IMG/VR virus record: IMGVR_UViG_2645727946_000002
DNA from: a virus
Lineage: Duplodnaviria; Heunggongvirae; Uroviricota; Caudoviricetes
DNA: 64,000 bases
Strand: one strand, 5' to 3'
The number at the start of each line of letters is the position of its first letter. The first letter of the stretch is position 1. Positions 19,011-27,050 of the stretch are shown here, one piece after another. A program made the translations under genes and the position numbers. Below the pieces are notes generated by a model. It was not told the origin of the DNA. It did no database searches and saw nothing but the letters and a program-made list of their open reading frames with translations.

Positions 19011-19928
19011 ATGGACCTGAGATCGAATATGAAAAGAACCTTCGCCTACATGGCGCTTCCGCTTTGCCTCTACGTTTCCGCATGTGGCGGTGGGGATGAT
19101 GGTGGTGGGGGATCGTCTGGCCCGGCGATTAAGCTCACCTATTCGGGCGCGCCGCTGGTGTCGGAGCAACGAGCGCGGGCGATGGCCGCGGGTGCCAACG
19201 TTTCGAGCAACCTATCGAGCCAGAGCAGCTCGGCGGATGGCGCGGCCACCATTGCCGCACTTCAAGATGCCTTCAAGGCCCGCGGCGCGGATGTCGGGGT
19301 GTATCCCGGCATTGTCAATGGAACGACGTTGCACCAACTCGTCATGTCCGAGAACAACGGAATCGGCCCGGCAATCGACGAAGTTTATAACTCGAAAACG
19401 AACATCAGCGAATGGGTGCTCGTCAATTTCCAGTTCGACGACATGACGGGCTATATCGATTCGAACGAGAAGTCGGAGATGGTGGATCGCTTCAAAAACG
19501 AACTGCTGATCTACGTGGAACGAGAGTATATGAAAGGGCGGGTGGTATTCGCCGCCCTCCCGATCATGTCGTGCGCTCCCGATAAGGTAGTCAGTTCGGT
19601 CGACGCAGCCGGACGCGCTGTTTTGACGACGTATCCGACCGCGTCTAAAGCGCTTTATCGAGCCATTGAAGTGGCTGCGAATAACAACGTCTTTCCGGTT
19701 GATACAGTTGGCGGTACGTCTCAGCCGGATGTCGCGCACATGGGCGCCGATTGCAGTACGCCGGATAAGGTCGCGCAAGACGCTCAGATCGCGAGCATCG
19801 TCGATCCGCTGGTTGAGCGCTACAAGGTAGCGCTCGATACGATCAACAAGTGCAAGTACAACCGCGAGGCCATCCCGGAAGAAGGGCGGTCCGCGCAATG
19901 CTGGGGTATCGAGCCTGTTAAGAAATAA
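19011..19928 (+). CDS. lipoprotein of unknown function (prophage cargo)
   Basis: Signal peptide with lipobox (…LPLCLYVSACGGGDDGGGGS). Real start may be ATG 19029. Weak terminator-like hairpin at 19937..19961. Confidence 0.55.
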   Translation: MDLRSNMKRTFAYMALPLCLYVSACGGGDDGGGGSSGPAIKLTYSGAPLVSEQRARAMAAGANVSSNLSSQSSSADGAATIAALQDAFKARGADVGVYPGIVNGTTLHQLVMSENNGIGPAIDEVYNSKTNISEWVLVNFQFDDMTGYIDSNEKSEMVDRFKNELLIYVEREYMKGRVVFAALPIMSCAPDKVVSSVDAAGRAVLTTYPTASKALYRAIEVAANNNVFPVDTVGGTSQPDVAHMGADCSTPDKVAQDAQIASIVDPLVERYKVALDTINKCKYNREAIPEEGRSAQCWGIEPVKK

Positions 19929-20027
19929 TGCTTGTTGCCCCGGTCGCCCGGCCGGGGCTTTGCCTCCAAAATCGGGTGCATTGCTTTTATCCAACTCCGG
20001 TGTTCGCGGAATTACGGATTTGGATTC

Positions 20028-20043
20028 CTGTCATGTCTGACAG
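20028..20043. promoter_or_regulatory. LexA-box-like palindrome CTGT-N8-ACAG (cCTGTCATGTCTGACAGg) upstream of PAAR gene
   Basis: Read directly. Perfect 7-bp inverted repeat CCTGTCA/TGACAGG containing the CTGT-N8-ACAG core, 64 nt upstream of ATG 20107. Confidence 0.4.
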
Positions 20044-20106
20044 GGTGGTTCCGGCAATTTCCCCCGTGCTACATTCCATCGAAAATTTCCTTGTGGAGAG
20101 TTCGAC

Positions 20107-20667
20107 ATGGGGTTTGCGTTTATTTGCGAGGGGGACACGACCACGCATGGGGGGCGTGTGGTCGGCTGTAACGTCGCTAACACGGTTCATGGAAGGGCAA
20201 TCGCATTGCTTGGCGACATGGTGACGTGTCCGCGGTGTGGTGGGATTTACCCGATCGTCAGCGTAAAGCGCGAGTTGAACATGACGTTTGGTGACAGGCC
20301 GATTGCTACAGACGGAGACAAGACCGCGTGTGGGGCAACGCTTATCGCGTCGCAAGGCTTCGCCACGGTTGCCCCTACATCAGGGGCCGCTGGCGGCAAT
20401 TCGATCGGCGGTGGGAAGAGCGTCGTCCCGCAGTCGATGTCACGAGGGCCGGACAATCTATACCGTGGGCGCTTCCAGGTATTTGACGAGACGACTGGAA
20501 AACCGATCGCGAACCATCCCTACGTTCTGCAAACAGCGGACGGCCGGACAATATCCGGCCAGACCGACGCCGACGGCTATACGCAGTGGCACGAGGCAAA
20601 CACGGCTGGATCGTTGCAATTTTCAGCCGAGTCGACTCAGGGGCCGGGCGAAGGCGGTGTTTTATGA
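20107..20667 (+). CDS. PAAR-domain protein with C-terminal transthyretin-like (TTR) extension (T6SS spike tip / effector adaptor)
   Basis: N-terminus GDTTTHGGRVVG…GDMVTCPRCGG…GDKTACGATLIAS has the PAAR-like repeated GD-x3-C pattern. C-terminus YRGRFQVFDETTGKPIANHPYVLQTADGRTISGQTDADGYTQW is TTR/carboxypeptidase-regulatory-like. Confidence 0.65.
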   Translation: MGFAFICEGDTTTHGGRVVGCNVANTVHGRAIALLGDMVTCPRCGGIYPIVSVKRELNMTFGDRPIATDGDKTACGATLIASQGFATVAPTSGAAGGNSIGGGKSVVPQSMSRGPDNLYRGRFQVFDETTGKPIANHPYVLQTADGRTISGQTDADGYTQWHEANTAGSLQFSAESTQGPGEGGVL

Positions 20668-21398
20668 GTGGTCGTGCCTACGGAGCCAACTCCGGTCAAG
20701 GTGGCATGTCGCCGAAGGGCGAAACGACGCCCGTGCGTCTTCGGCCCGCTACGCCCGACCCGGTCGATAAAAAGGTCATCTGCAAGGCCGTTTGTGTATG
20801 CAGTCGAGAGCCAGACACTGGTGCATCGGGCCAAAGCCTCAAGCAGCAGTGCGTTTCGCGCAACCTGCGCGACGTGGATCGGTCGATGGGGTGGAAGAGC
20901 CCGTACAAGTCGGAAGTCAACTACGACATGACGCAGATCCCTCCGTCGCCGATCATGCGCTCCGCGTCTCCCTTGGAGCCGCACCCTTACTTGCCAGGCT
21001 GGATTCAAAAATACTGGCCTGGCGGGAAAGATGCGTATCCCGCTGGCGCCGGTGCTGTTCGGCGCCCCGACGTGGTGATTGTCAAGGACGGATCTCTGTC
21101 GCCAACTCAGGACAACATCAAGAGCGTGGTGGAGATTAAATTCCCGCCTCAAGAAAGGGATCGCGAGCAAGAGGACGACTACGCACGCATTGCCGGTTCG
21201 CCCGAAAAGGTTGCGACTATGAGCCCCGGCGACTGTGACTGTTCCGACGATGACGCCAATGAAAGTCCGCTCCGAGCGGTTTCTGAGGCGCTCTCCGAAC
21301 TCGGGCGTTCCCTGCGTCAACTACTTAACCGCAGTCCTGCTTCCCCGCCTGGCATGGGTGGTTTGCCGTTGCCACCGCCTCCCATAGTCGTTCCATAA
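20664..21398 (+). CDS. putative cargo effector, possible PD-(D/E)xK nuclease fold, Pro-rich C-terminal tail
   Basis: ATG overlaps the PAAR stop (ATGA). Candidate PD-(D/E)xK motif RRPDVVIVKDGSLSPTQDNIKSVVEIKFP, by inference. C-terminus ends PLPPPPIVVP. Confidence 0.45.
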   Translation: MSGRAYGANSGQGGMSPKGETTPVRLRPATPDPVDKKVICKAVCVCSREPDTGASGQSLKQQCVSRNLRDVDRSMGWKSPYKSEVNYDMTQIPPSPIMRSASPLEPHPYLPGWIQKYWPGGKDAYPAGAGAVRRPDVVIVKDGSLSPTQDNIKSVVEIKFPPQERDREQEDDYARIAGSPEKVATMSPGDCDCSDDDANESPLRAVSEALSELGRSLRQLLNRSPASPPGMGGLPLPPPPIVVP

Positions 21399-21425
21399 TT
21401 GAGCCTTCCTAGCATCGACGCGAAT

Positions 21426-22517
21426 ATGGATCAGAATTTTCTCGAATGGGCAAAGGCCAATCAGGGCAAAGCGCTGGTGCCCAATGGTCTTTTGGAACCT
21501 CGCTACGCAACCGGTGGAATCGGAGCGGCCGTCGTCGTGCGCGCGTCGCTCTATTTTGAGCGTGCATTCGATCCCGCCGTCCGCGCGGCGGTTGCCGACT
21601 GTTTCGACGACTACTGTGCTGTACCCGAATGCAAATTGACGTTCCTATGGAGTAACGGGAAGGCGGCGCAGCCGTTCGCGCGAGCCAAGCCTCTGCGTGC
21701 AGCGGCCAGTAAGCTCGGTCCTGAGGACCGTTTCGACTTCTGCTACGTTGGCGGGGAGCAAGCCTCGGACGCAAGTTTTTGGAGATTCGAAGTCGTGGGT
21801 CAGCGTCAGTGGCAAGAGAAGATGGGCAATCGCGGTCTCAACTCCCTAGCGTTCTCATGGCCGGTTGTGGCTGTCCAAGAGAACCCCGATGCCTTCGCAA
21901 AACTGTTCTTTGATGCTGCGCGCCGCTTAGATGCCGTTCAAGGTCAGGCGGGCTTCGCCGTCAACCTTTCCCCGACCGCTCCTCACGAGAATGAGGCGAC
22001 GGAATACTGGATCGCGCAAATTATGCCGGGGCTCGATGTCGGCGACCCCGGATCGACTTCAGCCCGCGATCTGAAGGGCAAAATTAAATCCGTCAATTGG
22101 CTGACAGCCATCGGCAAGCCCATGTTGGACACCGTCGGCGGTGTTCGCGCGCTGACGTCGGAACTCCCTCCGAATTGGTTTGCCATTGGTGATTACGGTG
22201 CCGGCGTTATCGTCCGTGCGGGCGTATTGCCTGAGTCGGGTCTCTCCGAGCGCGAGGAGGAACCCCCGTTCTTGCCACCGACCTACGTCGTCCTCGATAA
22301 GGCACTGCGGCGCGTGCGAGCGGAAAGCATGGACATTCTTCAGCGCGGCACGGTCAACGCCGGCGCGCCGGTCTACAACACGCGCGAATCAACGGCAGCG
22401 TGGCTGCGCCGCTTCGAGGTGGGCGACGACGAATTGCTCAGTGCGAAGGCTGCGATTCTCAAAACGCCGCGTTTGCCCAAAGGCTCGATTCCGAGCAGTA
22501 GTGGCGATCCAGTCTGA
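21426..22517 (+). CDS. putative cognate immunity protein (unknown family)
   Basis: 364 aa cytoplasmic-looking protein immediately downstream of the putative effector. Alternative TTG start at 21399 directly after the effector stop. Confidence 0.4.
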   Translation: MDQNFLEWAKANQGKALVPNGLLEPRYATGGIGAAVVVRASLYFERAFDPAVRAAVADCFDDYCAVPECKLTFLWSNGKAAQPFARAKPLRAAASKLGPEDRFDFCYVGGEQASDASFWRFEVVGQRQWQEKMGNRGLNSLAFSWPVVAVQENPDAFAKLFFDAARRLDAVQGQAGFAVNLSPTAPHENEATEYWIAQIMPGLDVGDPGSTSARDLKGKIKSVNWLTAIGKPMLDTVGGVRALTSELPPNWFAIGDYGAGVIVRAGVLPESGLSEREEEPPFLPPTYVVLDKALRRVRAESMDILQRGTVNAGAPVYNTRESTAAWLRRFEVGDDELLSAKAAILKTPRLPKGSIPSSSGDPV

Positions 22518-22649
22518 TGCATCGGCAGTTCGCCGCGCCGCTCCCGTTTTGGGCGGGCAGTAGGTGGCCGGCGAGAGTGGCGTTCGCCACAGTCGAGCAG
22601 GTATTCGCATCTCATCGGGAAAGTTCTGGTCGTTCATCTTTTGTCCCTG

Positions 22650-23291
22650 CTACGTGATGCGATAGAACGCCTCTTCGCCGCGCTCGACTTCAAGGATGCG
22701 CTTTAACTGGTCGAGCGCGAATAGCTCCATCCCACGTTTCTCTGCCTCAGCTCGAGCTGCGTCGACGAGCTTTTGCGATTTTCCAACAATGTTGTTTCGC
22801 AAATATGCGATCTCGAGAGCCATGCGTTGCTCGAGCGTATGCCGGCCGACCTTCTTGCCTTCCTCGAGACGCCATTTTTCGCGCAGTTCAGCCCATGTTA
22901 CCCGCTGAAATTGCGGGACTGATTTCGGCGATGCGCCGGGCGGCGCGTCGTCTGGCGACTCCCAGCGCTTAGACTTGAGCTCTTCGCGGGCACGCCACTC
23001 GTCCGAAAAGGGCGCGACCGGTTCTCGCATACGGGCGAACGGCGCGGCACGATCGATTTCCTTCTCGACAATGTAGCCGAGCCTCCGTAGCGGCGCGCCA
23101 TACTCGAGCAACGACGGGTCAATTGCGCGCGCCCGCCGCGACGCATCTGCGATGCAACTGCGGAGCTCCCACAACGTGAGGCGTTGGTGTTGAACTTCGA
23201 GAATCAGCCGTTGGACGTCTGCATACGTGCAGCGCGTCCACCACTCGGTCATCTCGGGTAGTTTGGGAGGGTTGAACGGTGGCAGGATCAT
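22650..23291 (-). CDS. hypothetical protein, divergent from SRAP gene, LexA box in shared upstream region
   Basis: 213 aa. Start 23291 lies 19 nt from the CTGT-N8-ACAG box. Confidence 0.45.
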   Translation of the reverse strand: MILPPFNPPKLPEMTEWWTRCTYADVQRLILEVQHQRLTLWELRSCIADASRRARAIDPSLLEYGAPLRRLGYIVEKEIDRAAPFARMREPVAPFSDEWRAREELKSKRWESPDDAPPGASPKSVPQFQRVTWAELREKWRLEEGKKVGRHTLEQRMALEIAYLRNNIVGKSQKLVDAARAEAEKRGMELFALDQLKRILEVERGEEAFYRIT

Positions 23292-23309
23292 TTCGTAATA
23301 CGAGAAAAC

Positions 23310-23325
23310 CTGTAATTTTATACAG
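23310..23325. promoter_or_regulatory. LexA (SOS) box CTGTAATTTTATACAG
   Basis: Read directly. Matches the E. coli / beta-proteobacterial consensus CTGT-N8-ACAG with an AT-rich spacer (aCCTGTAATTTTATACAGTA). About 50 nt upstream of the SRAP start. Confidence 0.6.
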
Positions 23326-23376
23326 TATATCTTGGACTATGATGAAGTGATCCATCCCCTGAAAAGAGGTGCCGTC

Positions 23377-24045
23377 GTGTGCACCAACTATCGCGCCCCT
23401 GACGAAGATCCGGGTATCAGCGAGCTCCGGCTTGGTCTGATCGACCTATGGAAGAGAACGCCTTGGGAGTTGGAGATTTACCCGGACTATCTCGCGCCTA
23501 CGGTGGCGATGATCGACGGGCGCGTCGAGGCGTTCCTCGCGGGGTTCGGCTACTGGCCGCGCGCCTTGCAGAAAGCAAACATCGAGAGAGCGAAGGTCGA
23601 GGGCAAAGGGCCGCCGATCATGCGTAGCACGATGAACGTGCGCGACGACAATCTCGGGCGATCGCCGCTTTACGGGCCGGCATGGCGCGCGGGGCGCCGC
23701 TGTTTGATTCCGGCGCAGTGGATTTACGAGCCGTGCTATGAAACCGGCCGAAACGTCTGGCACCGAATCGGCCTGACCGGCTGGCGGCCGTATTGTGTTG
23801 CGGGGATTTGGCGGACTTTGAAAGGCCTGGACGGGAACGATCTGCACACAATGGCGATGATCACCGTCAACGCCGAGCGCGATCCCATCATGTCGCGCAT
23901 GCATAAGCCCGGCGACGAAAAGCGATCGGTCGTCATACTCCGACCTGACGATTGGGAAGAATGGCTCTCGACCGGAAATGTCGACGCCGCGCGCGCTATG
24001 TTGCAGCTTTACTCGGCCGACGAACTCGTTGCGGCCCCAAAATAG
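23377..24045 (+). CDS. SOS response-associated peptidase (SRAP / YedK family, abasic-site processing)
   Basis: GTG start gives the obligatory Met-Cys N-terminus (M-CTNYRAPDE…), with SD AAGAGG 8 nt upstream. C-terminal …VVILRPDDWEEWL typical of SRAP. Confidence 0.8.
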   Translation: MCTNYRAPDEDPGISELRLGLIDLWKRTPWELEIYPDYLAPTVAMIDGRVEAFLAGFGYWPRALQKANIERAKVEGKGPPIMRSTMNVRDDNLGRSPLYGPAWRAGRRCLIPAQWIYEPCYETGRNVWHRIGLTGWRPYCVAGIWRTLKGLDGNDLHTMAMITVNAERDPIMSRMHKPGDEKRSVVILRPDDWEEWLSTGNVDAARAMLQLYSADELVAAPK

Positions 24046-24802
24046 CTTTGTTAGTTACACGAAAGCTCGCTGACTGCGGGCTCTTTTGTACAGCCCGGAG
24101 CGGGAGGCTCGCTGGACGAGGCGATTCGTTGTCGTACACATCTGAATTGTTGGGGAGTCGCCGGGCCCCCAGATTCCCGGCGCTGTCTCATTGGGGCCAG
24201 GAAGCGACGTTCGCTGGATAGTGACTATGGCAGAACCTAGATGCGTTTCGGTCATTCGAAGCCATTTGACGTTGATTAAACGACCGAAGTCTTCGATGTC
24301 TGTTCGCCTTCGCACCCTTGCATTCATGGAGAGATTTTCAGCTTCATGCATTAGTGTTTTTGGTCGCTATGATGTCTCCGATTTGTTTTTCGAGGTCTGT
24401 GCCCAAATAGTCCACGCCATCCGCTCCGCATATCCCTCTAGAAGATCTCGATCAGCAAGCCACTCAAGAACATCGAAATTAATCGCCTCGGCCATCTTCG
24501 CGAGCAACTGCGCGAGCGTTGCATTTTTGTGCGCTTCAAGCAGCCACATAAACGTCTTGAACGGTGTCTCGATCGTTTGCTCTGCGGAGGGCTCAATACG
24601 TTCAAAGAACGTTGCAGGATGCCGTCTGTAGGCTTACAACTCTGCAGCCGAGAGAGGTGCGCTCACAATCACTTGCTGCCCGTCCTGCAACTGAAAAGCG
24701 CTCCGAAAATTCCCCGAAATCCGGAGCGCTCGACACAAAATATGCGTAAAATTTCAGCCAGCAACACCCGAAACTTGACTCATTGGATTTGATGCTAGAA
24801 GC

Positions 24803-25372
24803 CTAAATATCCAAATTAAGAGGTCCAATGTGAAATTTGTCGATCGCAATAGGCTTCACGTCGGCTTCAAATTCAATATGAGCGCCATTTTTGAAATTGA
24901 TAGATGCGCGGTACCAGATGTCAATCAAGGGTGATAGGTATTTATTATTTGTTGATAACTCGCCTTTTTTAAAGTGAAGAGCAAGGCCGCCTACGCCGTA
25001 ACCAAAGATGTTGGCGGATATATCGAGCACGTATTCGCCATCACTCGGATTTGTTACTTCGATGTGTACATTTATAGCCGGGGGCACGGTAAAATCTTTT
25101 TTTAATATGGATGTGGAGTCGTTAGATTCCACCAATGCGATCGTCCCGTTTGCTCCAGTCGCATTAGATACAACGCCCGATACCGTGGCAGCAACAGAAG
25201 GTTTCCACTCGGTTCCAAAATATTCGTGCAGGAGTGCATCCGCGATCACGTCCTTTGAATCGTCATTTCGCGAGAAATTAGGATCTATTTTGGAATATAC
25301 GTCTAAAATTTTTTTGGAAAAAAATAGTGCCAGTTCTTTTTGCTGTTCAGTCACTGCGATCCGATTCGACAT
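24803..25372 (-). CDS. hypothetical protein (AT-rich, horizontally acquired cargo)
   Basis: Low-GC ORF in a high-GC genome. GGAG 6 nt upstream of ATG 25372 (MSNRIAVTEQQ…). No recognisable domain. Confidence 0.5.
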   Translation of the reverse strand: MSNRIAVTEQQKELALFFSKKILDVYSKIDPNFSRNDDSKDVIADALLHEYFGTEWKPSVAATVSGVVSNATGANGTIALVESNDSTSILKKDFTVPPAINVHIEVTNPSDGEYVLDISANIFGYGVGGLALHFKKGELSTNNKYLSPLIDIWYRASINFKNGAHIEFEADVKPIAIDKFHIGPLNLDI

Positions 25373-25647
25373 CGCCATCTCCGTATCGATTGATGATGGT
25401 TTAAGTGAAAACCGCCGTGTGGCAATCGGATGGTGATGTGTTGATTGTTTGGTGTCAAGGGGTGAGTCAATATTTAACATTCATTCTGGTGCGAGTGATG
25501 GTTTCTGATAGAAGGAAGTGCCTTTGATTTTATTCTTGATTTGGTTTTTGAAATTTTATCGGTTATCGTTGATATGAAGAAGGCATTGTGAACTGGGCCC
25601 CGAACGGACGCTCCGGAGTTGCGTCAAGGACCGCTGCGGAGCGCAAT

Positions 25648-26241
25648 TCAATGAATCTGGAATACGTTTTGCCGATGTCGACTCCCATAGGGATGGGATT
25701 CAGAGCTGCCTTCGTTCAGAAATACCGCACGCGTATGATGCGCCCAGTGCGCAGCCGCGTTCAGACACCTCGTCTTGGTCTCACTATGATCGAACTGCCA
25801 CGGCTGAATCACTTGATCGGGCTTTCGGATGTGGCGGCTAATCACGCTTAGGCGAACTGTACCGCCGCGATCCGTCATCCAGAACTGACACTCAATCACA
25901 CCGTAGTACGAATTCACGCTCCAAATCAAAATCGTTGAAAATCGCGAAACAGTGTGCTCGGCGTGCCCTTCAAACCCGCGCAAATCGTGGAGTGCTTGCA
26001 GCATGAAGCCCGGTAGCGTGTCGTCCCTTTGGTCATCCGGAACCCCAACATCAAAAAACACGATTCGGGGATGAGCGGCCTGTTTCCGCAGGGCACCTTG
26101 GAGGCGTCTTCCGAGCCGAAACCTGGGTCTACCTGTTGCATCTGCGTCCGCCAATTTCCGCACTAATGATGGGTCGGCCCAGCCCTTGTTGAGCGACGCG
26201 TTGAGCCTCCTTGCCCATAGCTTTCGCGCTTGCCTCGGCAA
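25648..26241 (-). CDS. hypothetical protein (N-terminal extent uncertain)
   Basis: 197-aa ORF. Its first about 38 codons overlap the SEC-C ORF in another frame, so the true start may be internal. Confidence 0.3.
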   Translation of the reverse strand: MPRQARKLWARRLNASLNKGWADPSLVRKLADADATGRPRFRLGRRLQGALRKQAAHPRIVFFDVGVPDDQRDDTLPGFMLQALHDLRGFEGHAEHTVSRFSTILIWSVNSYYGVIECQFWMTDRGGTVRLSVISRHIRKPDQVIQPWQFDHSETKTRCLNAAAHWAHHTRAVFLNEGSSESHPYGSRHRQNVFQIH

Positions 26242-26416
26242 TAGCCTTTTCTAGCTCAGGAGGCAAAGCTTGGTGTGCTGGTTCGAGCGCAGTCCGTCCG
26301 TGGCAATACTTATATTTTCTCCCGCTCCTGCATTGACAACGTTCGTTGCGTCCGTTTTTCGTAGCGGTAAGCACGCCCCAAGCCGACTCACTCCGAATAT
26401 ATTCGCACATCTCCAC
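26129..26416 (-). CDS. SEC-C metal-binding motif protein (small)
   Basis: CQCRSGRKYKYCHG matches the SEC-C Cx-C-x-S/G-G-x-K-Y-K-x-C-C/H-G signature. Confidence 0.3.
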   Translation of the reverse strand: MEMCEYIRSESAWGVLTATKNGRNERCQCRSGRKYKYCHGRTALEPAHQALPPELEKAIAEASAKAMGKEAQRVAQQGLGRPIISAEIGGRRCNR

Positions 26417-26967
26417 CCCATTCGAGCAAGTCGGTCTTCACGGACGTACTGGGCGCCATCGATGATGAACTTGATCAGTCGACAACCTATTTTCCTACCG
26501 AGAGATCCCACTATCGGGCAGCGTACTAAGAGCATGCAGTGCTGCGTGCTAACGTGTCATATTGGTTAGTCAGCGGACCGGCGCCCGTGATGATTGAGTG
26601 ACTCGAACGGGGCGACGCCGGCCGTCCCTGAAAAGGCGCCCCAAGTCGGAGAGCGGCGTTTTTAGCAATGGCGTCGTAACGCCGGCAAGATTTGGGGAGA
26701 AATTTGGGGACGAATGAGGGTAGTGGAGGGGCATGTCCGGATCTCCATTTCCATAAAAAAACAGAGCTTTACGCCTCGCCAGCCCCTTGCAAAACCCTCG
26801 TTTTGGGTTCGAAACCCATCGAAGGTTCGTTCGTTGCTGCGGGCTACTGTTCTTTGAACTAGGGCGGAAGAGGGTATTCGAGCGGCGAAGACTGAGATCG
26901 GGATGACGAGCAATGACAGGAATTAGGATTGCACTGCCCGCGAACCCTTAATTTTCAGACGATCCTC

Positions 26968-26995
26968 GGGGGTTCGAATCCCCCTCTCTCCGCCA
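26968..26995 (+). other. tRNA-Ser 3' end fragment (T-arm + acceptor + CCA), putative attR of prophage / attL of next island
   Basis: …GGGGGTTCGAATCCCCCTCTCTCCGCCA is identical in form to the 3' end of tRNA-Ser. No matching 5' half (GGAGAGA…) is found upstream, so this is a fragment. Confidence 0.7.
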
Positions 26996-26996
26996 G
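26978..26996 (+). repeat. 19-bp direct repeat ATCCCCCTCTCTCCGCCAG (copy 1)
   Basis: Exact copy at 34661..34679. Confidence 0.85.
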
Positions 26997-27050
26997 GAAT
27001 TCCCAAGTCCTTGATTTTTCAAGGGCTTTTTTCTTTGGTTCACGCGACAG

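Noticed and set aside
23332-23376. ATG start proposed by the ORF track for the SRAP gene (MDYDEVIHPLKRGAVV…)
   Set aside because: SRAP proteins require Cys at position 2. The GTG at 23377 with an AAGAGG SD gives Met-Cys. The upstream ATG would bury the catalytic Cys.
26900-26995. Possibility of a complete tRNA-Ser gene at the prophage end
   Set aside because: The 5' acceptor strand GGAGAGA, D-arm and anticodon arm are absent upstream. Only the T-arm and acceptor 3' strand are present.
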